A stretch of 64,000 bases of DNA from an archaeon (GTDB lineage: Archaea; Micrarchaeota; Micrarchaeia; Norongarragalinales; UBA97): positions 1-64,000 of the forward strand of contig JAGVFW010000004.1 in the NCBI GenBank assembly GCA_020057405.1, in the 5' to 3' direction. The notes beneath the pieces are model-generated. The model did no database searches and was not told the DNA's origin. It worked only from the letters and a program-made list of their open reading frames with translations. The position numbers were made by a program, and so were the translations under genes. Positions 8,918 through 19,023 of this stretch are shown here, piece by piece (position 1 is the stretch's first letter; the number at the start of each line of letters is the position of its first letter).

Positions 8918-10243
8918 TCAGGCACCTCCAGAAAGTGCCAGCGCCGCGCTTGGGTGAATTTTTTTCGCTGCGCCAAGACCGGCCGGGGCTTTAGCGCCCA
9001 TTGCTGCAAATGAAACCGTGCTTAGGGCATAGAGGTTGGCAAACCCCTTGCTGTCAAGCTGGTCAAAGGAACTGCCGGCATCGTAAGTGGCTGCAACCTT
9101 GCTGTAGAGACCGGTTGGCGAGCCCCTGGCGATTACCGCCGCGTTTCCCTTAAAGAGCTTCAAGAGCACCCAGCCGTTCACGTTGGCCTGCGTCGATAAG
9201 ATGAAGGCGTTGACCGCGTCCATTGCGGGCGAGTGCCAGAGCGCGGCGTAGCAGTACTCGGCGAACTTCTGGTCCATTGACGGCTTTAGCCAGTTAAGCT
9301 CCTTCGGCAGGCAAAGAAGCTCGAGGTCCTTGTGCGCCCTGAGTATGACCGTTGCTGCAGGGCATTCGTAAAACTCCCTGCTCTTGAGGCCTATCGTCCT
9401 GTCCTCAATCTGGTCGATGACGCCCACGCCGTGGTTGCCTGCAAAAGAATTGAGTCCCTTAACCAGCTCAACGCCCTCGAAAGAACCGCCGTTGAACTCC
9501 GCCTTCACCGGAATGCCTGCCTCAAAATGCAGTTTGACAAAACCAGGGGAATCCGGCGCGTCCTGCGGTGAAACGCACCATGAAAGCGCGTCCTGCGGCA
9601 CGGGCTCCGCCGAGTCCTCAATCGCACCGCCGCAAGCCGACCTGCCCCACAAGTTCGCGTCAACACTGTAAGGCAATTTCTTTGTCGCCGCAACGGGAAT
9701 GCCAGCCTCCTCGGCGTAGGCAATTTCCTCAGGCCGGTTTAGCGACCAGTCCCGCACAGGCGCAAGCACCTTGAAGCCGGGCGCAAGCGACTTTACCGAA
9801 ACATGGAACCGAAGGTAGTCGTTGCCCTTCCCAGTGCTCCCGTGCACTACCGCCGATGCACCTTCCGCAAGCGCAACGTCAACCAAATGCTTTGCAATAA
9901 GTGGCCGGCCGAGGGCAGTCGAGCACGGGTAATTTCCCTGGTAGAGGCAATTGGCCGCGATGGCCTTATTGACGTAACCAGAAATGAATTCCTCCTCGGC
10001 ATTGACGGCATACGCCTTTGAAGCGCCAAGTGAGAGCGCCTTCGCCTTCACTGCAGCAAGGCCCTGGCCGGCGTACTCGTCTTGCCCAAGCCCTACGGTA
10101 AGCGTGACGACCTCGACTCCAAGTTCCTGCAAGAGGCCAAGAAGCACTGAAGTGTCAAGCCCGCCACTGTAGGCAAGCACGACTTTCCCGCAGGACTCGT
10201 ACTCGCCAACGCCAGCCGCCTTAACTTTCTTGAGCAAACCCAT
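8918..10243 (-). CDS. argG: Argininosuccinate synthase
   Basis: AYSGGLDTS, HGSTGKGND, YSVDANLWG, KSREFYECPA. Confidence 0.95.
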   Translation of the reverse strand: MGLLKKVKAAGVGEYESCGKVVLAYSGGLDTSVLLGLLQELGVEVVTLTVGLGQDEYAGQGLAAVKAKALSLGASKAYAVNAEEEFISGYVNKAIAANCLYQGNYPCSTALGRPLIAKHLVDVALAEGASAVVHGSTGKGNDYLRFHVSVKSLAPGFKVLAPVRDWSLNRPEEIAYAEEAGIPVAATKKLPYSVDANLWGRSACGGAIEDSAEPVPQDALSWCVSPQDAPDSPGFVKLHFEAGIPVKAEFNGGSFEGVELVKGLNSFAGNHGVGVIDQIEDRTIGLKSREFYECPAATVILRAHKDLELLCLPKELNWLKPSMDQKFAEYCYAALWHSPAMDAVNAFILSTQANVNGWVLLKLFKGNAAVIARGSPTGLYSKVAATYDAGSSFDQLDSKGFANLYALSTVSFAAMGAKAPAGLGAAKKIHPSAALALSGGA

Positions 10244-10326
10244 TGGAAACACCGCAATTAGAGTGCCGAAAAGCTAATATTAAACCTGTGACAAAAATGA
10301 ATCAAAACAAACAATAAGTGATTCAA

Positions 10327-10974
10327 ATGAAACAAAAGCAAAAGCAGGAATCGGTTGCCGCGAGGGTAGTGCGGGAAATCGAGCAGGACGCGCACTACAG
10401 AAAAGCAATCGAACTGGGCATCGCAAACCTGTCCGCAATAGCGGACATCGTGGCAACAAAGCTCGAGTGCAACCGCGAAGCTGCGAAAGTTGCCGTCGCC
10501 CGCTATGCCAAAAACCGCGTCCCGCATGCCGGCGAGAAGGCTGGCCATGTTTCAAGAGTGCTCAGGCAAAGCTCGGTATCGCTGCAGGACAGCGTTGCCG
10601 TGCTCGTAGTAGAAAACAGCGGGGCAACGGTGCCAAAAACCGCAGGACTTGAAGGCGACGACATCATCGCGGTAGTGTCAAGCAAGCGAAGCACCACGAT
10701 AACCTGCCGCGGAAACGCCGTGGCCGCTCTTGAAAAGAAATTCAAGGGAAGCATCCTGAAGTTCAGCCAAAATCTTTGTCTCGTCCAGCTTTCCTCGCCC
10801 GAAAGCATTGAGAACGTCCCTGGCGTGTTCGTCTCCGTCCTCGACGCAATCTACAGGCGGGGAATTAATGTGCTGGAAGCCTCTTCCTGCTACACCGACA
10901 CGAACATCATCGTAGAGCGAAGGGACGCGGTGAAGTGCTTCGAGGCGGTCGAGGAAGCCTGCGGAAAAAGCTAG
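10327..10974 (+). CDS. ACT-domain protein, probable amino-acid-sensing regulator, divergent from the arg genes
   Basis: N-terminal LGIANLSAIA helical region and C-terminal ACT domain (SPESIENVPGV..GINVLE..SCYTDT). Confidence 0.75.
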   Translation: MKQKQKQESVAARVVREIEQDAHYRKAIELGIANLSAIADIVATKLECNREAAKVAVARYAKNRVPHAGEKAGHVSRVLRQSSVSLQDSVAVLVVENSGATVPKTAGLEGDDIIAVVSSKRSTTITCRGNAVAALEKKFKGSILKFSQNLCLVQLSSPESIENVPGVFVSVLDAIYRRGINVLEASSCYTDTNIIVERRDAVKCFEAVEEACGKS

Positions 10975-11636
10975 TCCATCCGTACGCAGATTGTCGCGCG
11001 GAACATTCGCTTTCCTTGTCTTTGTCCAATTAGCGTGTTGCTGTGGGTGAAGTGCCTGCCAAGTGCGCCGATAACCTGGAGGGCGACCTTTCTGCTGCCG
11101 ACTGCAAAGTCGATTCCGTATTTGTTCTCCTCGTAGTCCGAGACGAATGACTCCTTCTCGCATTGCTTAATCAGCGTTTCCGCAACTTTGCGCAATCGCT
11201 CGGGAGTGCCGCTGCGCAGCTGGATTACGGCCTCTCGGTAACCGCCGCTCTTCATGTGGCAGTTGGTGCAAAGCGTCTTTTGGAGGCCGATGGTAATCGG
11301 AACCTGCTTTTTGATGTCGGTGGCGTCTGCCTCAAGCTCAATGTCGGCAGTGACTAAGACTCCGCCCTTAACAGCGCGCAGGGTAACTTGCTTTACGGAA
11401 ATAGGCAAGCGCGACTTGATTTTCGACGCGGCCCACTCGCCGAACTCTTCTTCGGAAAAACTTTTCCAAACGCCTGAGACAAAATGCTTGTTGCAACGCG
11501 TGCATCGCTTGAGCTCAAGTTTTTTGGGAACCTCGAAGAGTTGCTCGCGCTCGGAATAACATTCGACGCAAAAGGCCTTGACGAAAGGAAGTGCGGCGGA
11601 TTCGGTTTTCCCGCAGGCAGGGCAGGTTTTGTGCAT
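10971..11636 (-). CDS. NMD3-family ribosome biogenesis protein
   Basis: CPACG, CVEC, CTRC and CTNC zinc knuckles; GGYREAVIQLR. Confidence 0.88.
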   Translation of the reverse strand: MHKTCPACGKTESAALPFVKAFCVECYSEREQLFEVPKKLELKRCTRCNKHFVSGVWKSFSEEEFGEWAASKIKSRLPISVKQVTLRAVKGGVLVTADIELEADATDIKKQVPITIGLQKTLCTNCHMKSGGYREAVIQLRSGTPERLRKVAETLIKQCEKESFVSDYEENKYGIDFAVGSRKVALQVIGALGRHFTHSNTLIGQRQGKRMFRATICVRMD

Positions 11637-11710
11637 AAGTAATGTTTGGGACAATAGCATCATTTATATGGGTTTGTCGATTAAGGTAAAAACTAGGAGG
11701 CGATCGGGAT

Positions 11711-11908
11711 ATGCCAATAGCAATGGAGGAAATGGACGAGCTAGCTGCAGTAAACAGCGAGCTGCGCTTCATCACTCTCGAGCTCATGAAAATCTCGGCG
11801 AGCCAGGACAAGAGCTTCGACAAAGTCCTCCGCGAGTTCGTCGGCAACGCCTTCAAGCTCAAGCGGACGCTAAACCGGAGCGAACTCCTCGCCCGGAGAA
11901 GGCACTAA
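11711..11908 (+). CDS. Small hypothetical protein
   Basis: 65-aa ORF with a GGAGG SD; first gene of a + strand run. Confidence 0.65.
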   Translation: MPIAMEEMDELAAVNSELRFITLELMKISASQDKSFDKVLREFVGNAFKLKRTLNRSELLARRRH

Positions 11909-11933
11909 GCATTCGCACGACAGGTGGCGGCAA

Positions 11934-13742
11934 GTGGAATTGCGTGAAAAGTCACTAAAACCACCGGCCTTCCTGACCCCGCTGCCGTCATACAAAAAAC
12001 TTTTTGCCTATTTGCTGCTCTTCTCAGTCATAGCCGGTTTTGCCGTCAGGCTCTCGGCAATGCCAGCCGGCGACGCACTCGTATTTGGCGGCGCCGAAGG
12101 CTTCTTCTTAATCGCCCTACCGGCGTTTTTTGCCGCGGTCCTGGCCGCCTCGGTGATGGACCGAAGGCAATTTAGAAAAAGGCTCAAGTACTTCGCATTC
12201 ACCGCGTGCCTTGGCGCGATTCTCAACGCGGCAACATTCATTTTCGTATCGTACTTCCTCGCCCCCAACTCTCTTTCGGGAGAGCACGCCATACTATTGG
12301 CAAACGCGGCCGTCTTTGCGATTTGGATGATAGCACTCGTCATCGCCCTCTCTGCCCGCCTGCGGTACTTCTTCCTCGCGTTCTCACAACCCCTCTTAAC
12401 ACTCGCTTTCCTCGTGCTGTGGCGGCGGCTCGGCATCATTGAATCTACCGTGCTTCGCGACGCGTCAATCTGGCTCTTGCTGCCCAAGCTGGCGGTCGCT
12501 TCGGGAGTGCTGCTTTTTGCAATGTGGGCCGCGTCAAAGCTCATTAACGCACCCGCAAGAAACAACTTCGGCGTGAGCGCAACCCAGGCCGCTAGCCTCT
12601 TCTTCGCCCAGTGGGTGCAGGGAAGCAAGGGCCTCGAGCAAATCCTCGACGAGATGGGCGAAGACATTGAAACGACGATAGGCACCGTCGAATTCCGCGA
12701 CCTTGACGGGAAACGAAAAGCCGTGTTTTTGACGCCAAACGTGCACTTCGGGCCATTCGGCAACATAGGGGGAAGCGAATTTCCCGCAATTCTTTCAAAA
12801 GAATTGGGCCGCGAACTAGACTGCGAGGCATTCGTGTTCCACGGCACAGTCTACCACGACTTTAACCCCGTTTCAAGCGACAGCGTGCAGGACCTCAAGA
12901 AGGCGTTCAAACACTGCCTTGCCGCCGGCTCGCAAAACCGCTCCCGCACGGGCGCCCTCTTAACATCCAATTCAGGCGACGCGAGTGTCGACGGCTTTGC
13001 GTTTGGCAAAGGCGCGTTTCTCGCCCTATCGCCCCCGCCCTTCCCCGCAGGCGACTTTGACTTTGCCAGTGGCTACGCTTTGGCGCTAAAGGCGAGCCAA
13101 AAGTTAGGCACTACAATCATTTGCGACAGGCACACCGCCCAAAAGCGGGTGGCCAAGTGGAGCGTCGGAAGCAGGGAATTCTACGAATTCATGGACGCTG
13201 TTGAGAAACTCGAGGCGCCAAAGCAAAAGCCATTCGCCATCGGGGTTGCGGCAGACGCCTTGGATGGCTTTACGGTTAAAAACGGCATCGGAAAGGGCGG
13301 GCTCAAAGTCGCGGTGATCGAGATTGCGGGCAAACGCCACTGCCTAGCGGTTTTCGACGCAAACAACATGCTCCCGCCGTTGCGGGAAAAGCTCGTCGGC
13401 ACGCTTAGAAAACGGTTCGGCTTTGCATACTGCGATGTCTTTACGACTGACACTCACGCAGTCAACTCGGTCGAGACTGTGCATAACCCCCTGGGGGCCA
13501 ACATCAGCTGGCCCCAGCTTGAGGAAATACTCGTCAAGACGGCTGGCGCGGCGGATGCGGACGTGCAGGCGGCCACGGCAAGCGTAACCAGCCAAAGGTA
13601 CGCGACCAGAGTGCTTGGCGCGGGCAAGGCTGGCGAACTGGCAAGCACGATAAACGCAATCGTCGCAGTCGCCCGGATTGCCGCCCCGGCAGTGATTATA
13701 ATCTCCCTCGCACTAGCCCTGTTGGCACTCGTGCTGATTTAG
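11934..13742 (+). CDS. DUF2070-type archaeal membrane protein
   Basis: About 6 N-terminal TM helices, then HFGPFG, HGTVYHDFN, DANN, TTDTH, and a C-terminal TM helix. Confidence 0.8.
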   Translation: MELREKSLKPPAFLTPLPSYKKLFAYLLLFSVIAGFAVRLSAMPAGDALVFGGAEGFFLIALPAFFAAVLAASVMDRRQFRKRLKYFAFTACLGAILNAATFIFVSYFLAPNSLSGEHAILLANAAVFAIWMIALVIALSARLRYFFLAFSQPLLTLAFLVLWRRLGIIESTVLRDASIWLLLPKLAVASGVLLFAMWAASKLINAPARNNFGVSATQAASLFFAQWVQGSKGLEQILDEMGEDIETTIGTVEFRDLDGKRKAVFLTPNVHFGPFGNIGGSEFPAILSKELGRELDCEAFVFHGTVYHDFNPVSSDSVQDLKKAFKHCLAAGSQNRSRTGALLTSNSGDASVDGFAFGKGAFLALSPPPFPAGDFDFASGYALALKASQKLGTTIICDRHTAQKRVAKWSVGSREFYEFMDAVEKLEAPKQKPFAIGVAADALDGFTVKNGIGKGGLKVAVIEIAGKRHCLAVFDANNMLPPLREKLVGTLRKRFGFAYCDVFTTDTHAVNSVETVHNPLGANISWPQLEEILVKTAGAADADVQAATASVTSQRYATRVLGAGKAGELASTINAIVAVARIAAPAVIIISLALALLALVLI

Positions 13743-14902
13743 TGGACAAAATGAAGGCTGCATTCTTCACGGACACTTACCTGCCAAACGTCGACGGGGT
13801 AGTGCGCGCCATACTCAACTTCCGCGGCGAGCTAGAAAAGCGCGGCAACGAAGTCTACGTTTTCGCAAGCGGCACGAAGATAGACACTGCCGCCAACAAC
13901 GACAAGCGCGTGTTCTTCTACTCCAGCATCAAGTTCCCGCCCTATCCGCAGTACAAGCTGGCAGTCTTTCCCTACCACGCGGCCAAGGTGAAGGCACGCG
14001 ATACCGGCATTGAACTAGTCCACAGCCACGCCATCGCGAACATGGGCCTGGCGGCAATTGGCACGGCCAAGGCGCTCAATCTGCCCCTCGTCGGCACATT
14101 CCACACCCTCGTGCCAAAGGCAGTCCAGATTGTAGCCAAGCGCAACTGGAGCAAAAAAGCGGGCGAAGCGATTGCCTGGAAGCTCGTCGAGGCGTTCTAC
14201 ACTCCCTTTGACCTCGTCACTGCCCCCTCAAAAACCATTTGCGTAATGATGGAAGAGCACGGAATCAAAAACTGCACGCCAGTGCCAAACGGCATCGACC
14301 TTAACCGATTCAAGGAAAGCCTGGACCGCAACTGGGCACGAAAACCCCTCGGCCTGGCCCCAGACGAGAAGCTCATCTTGGTTGCCGGCCGCTTCAGCCG
14401 CGAGAAGAACGTCGACGTCGTCGTCAAGGCCTTCGACAGGGTGCTAAGAAAAGAGAAAGCCAAGCTCGTCATAAGCGGAGAGGGCCCGGCAAAGCAGGAA
14501 GTCATCTCGCTAGTCGAAAAAATGGGCTTGCAAAAGCACGTGCAGTTTTTGGGCTTTCTGCCAGAACAGGAATTGCCCCTCTACTACGCCGCTGCCGACG
14601 TCTTCGTCACGGCCTCGACTTTCGAAACCCAGGGCTTAACCGTCCTCGAGAGCATGGCGTGCGGCACCCCCGTTGTCGGCGCCAACAGCATGGCGATTCC
14701 GGAAACAATCAAGGACAAGCAAAATGGCCTGCTCTTCGCTCCAATGGAGGAAGATGACTGCGCTGAAAAAATCCTCGACATGCTGCAAATGCAGGCCAAG
14801 TACCGAAACACGATGCGCGAAAACGCGCGCAAGACAGCCGAAAGCTACTCCATCGCCAGGATGACCGACGTGCTGCTAAAAGCATACGCTAAAGTCCTCT
14901 AA
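13742..14902 (+). CDS. GT4-family glycosyltransferase
   Basis: FTDTYLPNVDGV, GTFHT, PNGID, FETQGLTVLESMACGTPVV. Confidence 0.92.
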   Translation: MDKMKAAFFTDTYLPNVDGVVRAILNFRGELEKRGNEVYVFASGTKIDTAANNDKRVFFYSSIKFPPYPQYKLAVFPYHAAKVKARDTGIELVHSHAIANMGLAAIGTAKALNLPLVGTFHTLVPKAVQIVAKRNWSKKAGEAIAWKLVEAFYTPFDLVTAPSKTICVMMEEHGIKNCTPVPNGIDLNRFKESLDRNWARKPLGLAPDEKLILVAGRFSREKNVDVVVKAFDRVLRKEKAKLVISGEGPAKQEVISLVEKMGLQKHVQFLGFLPEQELPLYYAAADVFVTASTFETQGLTVLESMACGTPVVGANSMAIPETIKDKQNGLLFAPMEEDDCAEKILDMLQMQAKYRNTMRENARKTAESYSIARMTDVLLKAYAKVL

Positions 14903-14942
14903 GTGGACCTTGCTAGAAATGCTCCCGAACTTACTTCGCTAA

Positions 14943-15599
14943 TTAGTTGCAGCCAAGCTCGCTTGCAAGCTGCGCACGCGTCTTGACGCCCGTCAAGAGC
15001 TTGGAGTTGTCCACCACTAAGGCAGGTGCAGTGTTGACGCCAAAGCGCTTTTTCGCAAGCTCAATAGGCGCCAGGCCCAAGTCAGTTGCAAGCGTAATCA
15101 CCTGAAGCGACGGGCACTGGTTGCGAAGAGCGTCAAGCACCTCGCCCTGCACCAGGCAGTCGTTGCACGTGCGCATGGTCTCGGTGAAGAAGAGCGCAAG
15201 CCTGGAGTCCTTCTGGCCGCATTTCTGCTCTGCTTGCGTGGACTGGAGCCAAAGCTCGACGTTGTTCAAGTAATACTGCCTGCGCACTAGCTCGTAGTCA
15301 GCCAAGAGGTTTGCCCTTTCGAAATCGCGCAGGCGGTTGACAAGCGCGTAGCCCCGGTCGCGGCTCTTGCGGATGTTAAGCTGGAGTGCCTCACAGAACG
15401 CCTCTTCGTCCTGCTCGCCGAAAGTGTCGGCGTAGGACAAAAGCAAGCGCGTCTCCTCAGACTCCGCCTGATAAGAGCGCACCTGGCTCTCAACCGAGCC
15501 GAACTTGCTTGAGTCGTACTCCCGCGCAATGAGGTAGGAGACTAGGAGGAAGAAGAGGGCTAGGGCCGCCGCACCGACGTAAAACCGTTTGGTTACCAT
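14943..15599 (-). CDS. Membrane-anchored thioredoxin-fold-like protein
   Basis: N-terminal TM helix; CNDC motif followed by TAPALVV; overlaps the stop of the upstream GT2 gene. Confidence 0.6.
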   Translation of the reverse strand: MVTKRFYVGAAALALFFLLVSYLIAREYDSSKFGSVESQVRSYQAESEETRLLLSYADTFGEQDEEAFCEALQLNIRKSRDRGYALVNRLRDFERANLLADYELVRRQYYLNNVELWLQSTQAEQKCGQKDSRLALFFTETMRTCNDCLVQGEVLDALRNQCPSLQVITLATDLGLAPIELAKKRFGVNTAPALVVDNSKLLTGVKTRAQLASELGCN

Positions 15600-16882
15600 T
15601 CAAACTCACTCTGGGTTGCTTCGCGCAAGAGGCTGTCAAAATAAAAGAACGAATTTAGTGTAGGGTAAAACAAGATTATTAATCCGGCTGGAACGAGGTG
15701 CTCCAGGCGAAGCTTTACGTTGATGAGCTTGAGGCTTTGGAATAGGAAGTGCCACCACACGAGCACTGAAGCGACGAGAAAAACGCTTGCGGAATTGACT
15801 AGCAGGACTGACTCCGGATGCAGGACCGGCAATTCGCCTATGGCAAGCCATGCTGCAGTGATTTGCGCGGCATTAAGCACGCCGCTAAGCAAATTGAAGG
15901 CAATCACCGTCCACATCACCATCGTCGTCGCCACGTAAATCGTCGTGGTGGGGTAGGAAAAGACGCCAAAGTCGGAGTAATCCCGATTCAAGAACATGTG
16001 GAAGTAGAGCTTCAAGTTGTATATCGTGCCGCGGTACCACCTTATGCGCTGGCGGTGAAGCTTGGAAAGCGTGTCCGGCACTTCGGTAGGCACGTGCGTT
16101 TCCGTGCAGCACTCTATGGCGTAACCGTGCTTGTGCAGGTTGAGGCCAATTTCCATGTCCTCCGTCATGTTTTTTTCGTCAAAGCCGCCGATTTCGTTAA
16201 GCGCCGAGCGCTTGTATGCCGACATTGGCCCCGGCGTGACTAGAAGGCCGTTGATTTTGCCCATGGTCTTTGCGACAAAGCCAAACGCACTGTAGTATTC
16301 CAGCTGCTGCATTCGCTGGAGCAGGTTTTTCGGCTCAAACGCCGTGACGAAGACAGTGACTGCACCCACCTTGGGGCCAGCGTAGAAGTAGGGAACCATC
16401 TTCTCAAGCGCGTCTTTAGGCGGGTAAGTGTCGGAGTCAATTGCAACTACGATTTCGTTCTTGGCGAGCTTGATGCCGTAGTTTAGCGCACTTGCCTTTC
16501 CGCGTCCGCCCTTCTTCGTCACAACCCGAACGCCCATGCGGGCAGCGATTTTTGCCGAACTGTCGCTGCTTGAGTCGTCAATGAGGATGATTTCCTTCTT
16601 GCCTGCGTAGCGCATTCCCTTGATGTGGGTCAGGCACTTCTCAAGCGTGCGGCCGCTGTTGTAGCAGGGTACGATGATGGAGAGAGAGGGCCACTTTTTG
16701 GGAGCCGGCGGGTTCTTGTCTGGAACAGTTGCCGCGATGATGGCGTAGAAGGAAAAGCCAAAGAAGAAAATGGCACTTAGAAAGACGAGCACCCACATGG
16801 TCGCAAGTGGGTTGAGCCAGAAATAGTAGAGGCCGAGCGCAAACGCAAGCAACACCGCTGCGCCCTTCAAAGCGTTTTTCAA
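15593..16882 (-). CDS. Processive membrane GT2 glycosyltransferase (PgaC/hyaluronan/cellulose synthase-like)
   Basis: DDSS, DSD, TED and QRIRW motifs flanked by TM helices; TTG start chosen from a GGAG SD. Confidence 0.88.
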   Translation of the reverse strand: MKNALKGAAVLLAFALGLYYFWLNPLATMWVLVFLSAIFFFGFSFYAIIAATVPDKNPPAPKKWPSLSIIVPCYNSGRTLEKCLTHIKGMRYAGKKEIILIDDSSSDSSAKIAARMGVRVVTKKGGRGKASALNYGIKLAKNEIVVAIDSDTYPPKDALEKMVPYFYAGPKVGAVTVFVTAFEPKNLLQRMQQLEYYSAFGFVAKTMGKINGLLVTPGPMSAYKRSALNEIGGFDEKNMTEDMEIGLNLHKHGYAIECCTETHVPTEVPDTLSKLHRQRIRWYRGTIYNLKLYFHMFLNRDYSDFGVFSYPTTTIYVATTMVMWTVIAFNLLSGVLNAAQITAAWLAIGELPVLHPESVLLVNSASVFLVASVLVWWHFLFQSLKLINVKLRLEHLVPAGLIILFYPTLNSFFYFDSLLREATQSEFEW

Positions 16883-16895
16883 GAGAAACTCCGTT

Positions 16896-17609
16896 TTACC
16901 GCGGCGCGTAGTAGGACGCCGTTTTTCTGCCCTGGATGTACATGATGCTTGCTCGCGTCCAGTCCTGCATGAGTCCAACTAGGCCGAGCTTGTGCACGCG
17001 CCTGTCGCTCGTGGGCACGACGACGTGGAAAAAGAAGGCAACTCGGCCGCGCTTGGAAATGCGTTGCGTGAGGTCCATATCCTCGGCGCTGTGAGTCTCG
17101 GTGTCAAAGCCGTTAATCGCATCGAAATCCTTCTTGCGGTACGCAACGCAGCTGCCCGCGACATTCGGCCGGCCAAGAAAAACGGTGCTAGCCACAATCA
17201 TGTTGAGGAAATAGAAGAACGTCTTGCGCATTGGACCCAAGTGCTCGGGCATGATGTGGCACCCAACGCCGACTATCTTCGGGTCGTTGAAAATCGCGAG
17301 CATCCTGTCGTAAAAGTCTTTTGTCGGGAAAGTGTCGGCGTCGACAAACCAAAGGAGGTCGCCTTTTGCCATGGCAGCACCGGCGTTTCGGCCAGCGCCG
17401 ACGGTCTTCGCCTTGCCCTTCGCAAGCTTGGCGCCAAGCTTGCTTGCAATGAGAGTGGTGAAGTCAGTGCTGCCGCCGTCGGCGACGATAATCTCGACGT
17501 CTTTGGGCAGATAGGAACGCAGGTTGCGGATGGTCCTGCCGATGACGCGCTCTTCGTTAAGAGTGGGGATGACTACGCTCACTCGCAGCTTCTTTGGCAC
17601 GCTAGGCAT
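16896..17609 (-). CDS. GT2-family glycosyltransferase
   Basis: SVVIPTLNEE, DGGSTD, GRNAGA, FVDAD, ED. Confidence 0.9.
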   Translation of the reverse strand: MPSVPKKLRVSVVIPTLNEERVIGRTIRNLRSYLPKDVEIIVADGGSTDFTTLIASKLGAKLAKGKAKTVGAGRNAGAAMAKGDLLWFVDADTFPTKDFYDRMLAIFNDPKIVGVGCHIMPEHLGPMRKTFFYFLNMIVASTVFLGRPNVAGSCVAYRKKDFDAINGFDTETHSAEDMDLTQRISKRGRVAFFFHVVVPTSDRRVHKLGLVGLMQDWTRASIMYIQGRKTASYYAPR

Positions 17610-17651
17610 TAATCCGAGGCGGTTTAAAAACGATTGCTGCGTAGCAAATGC

Positions 17652-18992
17652 ATGAAAGTCCTGTTCATCAATGCCCTCTTCCACCCCTTCTCGGGAGGAG
17701 TTGAAAAGCACCTGCTCGAGATTTCAAAGTTCTTAGCCAAGCGCGGCATTGAAGTTCACGTGTTAACCGGCAGGCTCAAGGGCACGGCGGCAGAGGAAAC
17801 GATTAACGGCGTTTTCGTGCACCGCATAGAATGCACGGAATTTCATTTTCCCGGAATCTACCCCCCGCCAATGATTATCGCGCCCAACGCGTATAACGAG
17901 GTCCGCAAGCTCGACCAAAGGCACCACTTCGACGTCATCCACCTGGAGGACCGCTGGTTTACCGACTTCTCAATCGCCGCGTCATACGCCAAGACGGCCG
18001 GAAAGCCGCTCGTCATCACACTGCACAACGCGCGAACAGTCGGCATCGCGCCACACTACACTTTCGTCGGCGGTCTCTTCGACATTGCCGTCGGCCGCCA
18101 AGTGCTTGCAATGGCGGACAAGATTGTTTCAGTAAGCAAATGGGCCATCTCTGACCTTGGGAAAATCGGCCTCTCGCCAAAGCGCTTCGTCTACATCCCA
18201 AACGGCATTGACACTCGCGAAATCAAGCCCGGTTCTGCAGGCGACTTTAAGAAACGGCACGGCCTCGGGAGCGGGCCCATGGCGCTCTTTGTCGGCAGGC
18301 TCATCAAGCAAAAGGGCCTTGAATACCTGCTGCCCGCCTGGAAGGAAGTCGTGCGAGAACTGCCTACCGCGCGCCTCGTCATTGTCGGGAGGGGCAACGA
18401 GGAAGCCAACCTCAAGAAAATGGCGGCCAAGCTTGGCATCACGGGAAGCGTCTACTTCCCGGGCTACATCGAGGAGAGCGACCTGCGCGGCGCGCTGCAC
18501 GCGTGCGACACTTTCGTACTCCCTTCCCTTTGGGAAGTTTTACCGGTCGCAATACTTGAGGCAATGGCCGCGGCCAAGCCCATAGTGTGCACGGATGTCG
18601 GGGGCGACAGCGAACTCGTGACCAACGGCAAAAACGGCTTTCTGGTCCCGAAGCGCGACCCGCACGCACTCGCCAAGGCGCTTGTGAAAATGTTCTCCGA
18701 CGAGCGCATGGCAAAGAAGATGGGCGCGGCCTCAAGGAAGCGTGCAGTGAACGAATTCGACTGGCGCATAGTTGCGCGCCACACCCACGAGTTCTACAAA
18801 AAACTCCTTCACGACTTTAAGAGAGAAAAGAAGCCCGAGCCGTTTGAAATGGCTGCTGCGGACGTAAAAGAACTCAGCGTGGGTCTAAATGAAAGTGTGA
18901 GAAAGCGCCGAAGCTTGGCACGGCAGTTCTACGCCAAGTACGCCTTGCGCGTGAGAAAAGCCCTCGCGTTCCTGCGCCGACGCAGGAAATAG
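17652..18992 (+). CDS. GT4-family glycosyltransferase
   Basis: GGVE, PNGID, FVGRLIKQKG, EVLPVAILEAMA; divergent start only 42 nt from the GT2 gene. Confidence 0.92.
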   Translation: MKVLFINALFHPFSGGVEKHLLEISKFLAKRGIEVHVLTGRLKGTAAEETINGVFVHRIECTEFHFPGIYPPPMIIAPNAYNEVRKLDQRHHFDVIHLEDRWFTDFSIAASYAKTAGKPLVITLHNARTVGIAPHYTFVGGLFDIAVGRQVLAMADKIVSVSKWAISDLGKIGLSPKRFVYIPNGIDTREIKPGSAGDFKKRHGLGSGPMALFVGRLIKQKGLEYLLPAWKEVVRELPTARLVIVGRGNEEANLKKMAAKLGITGSVYFPGYIEESDLRGALHACDTFVLPSLWEVLPVAILEAMAAAKPIVCTDVGGDSELVTNGKNGFLVPKRDPHALAKALVKMFSDERMAKKMGAASRKRAVNEFDWRIVARHTHEFYKKLLHDFKREKKPEPFEMAAADVKELSVGLNESVRKRRSLARQFYAKYALRVRKALAFLRRRRK

Positions 18993-19023
18993 CCAGCGCG
19001 TGATGGAGGGGCGCGAGGCGGAA

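Noticed and set aside
10298-10325. Bacterial ArgR ARG box
   Set aside because: The TGAAT/ATTCA half-sites are spaced far wider than in an ARG box and no argR is present; kept only as a generic candidate operator.
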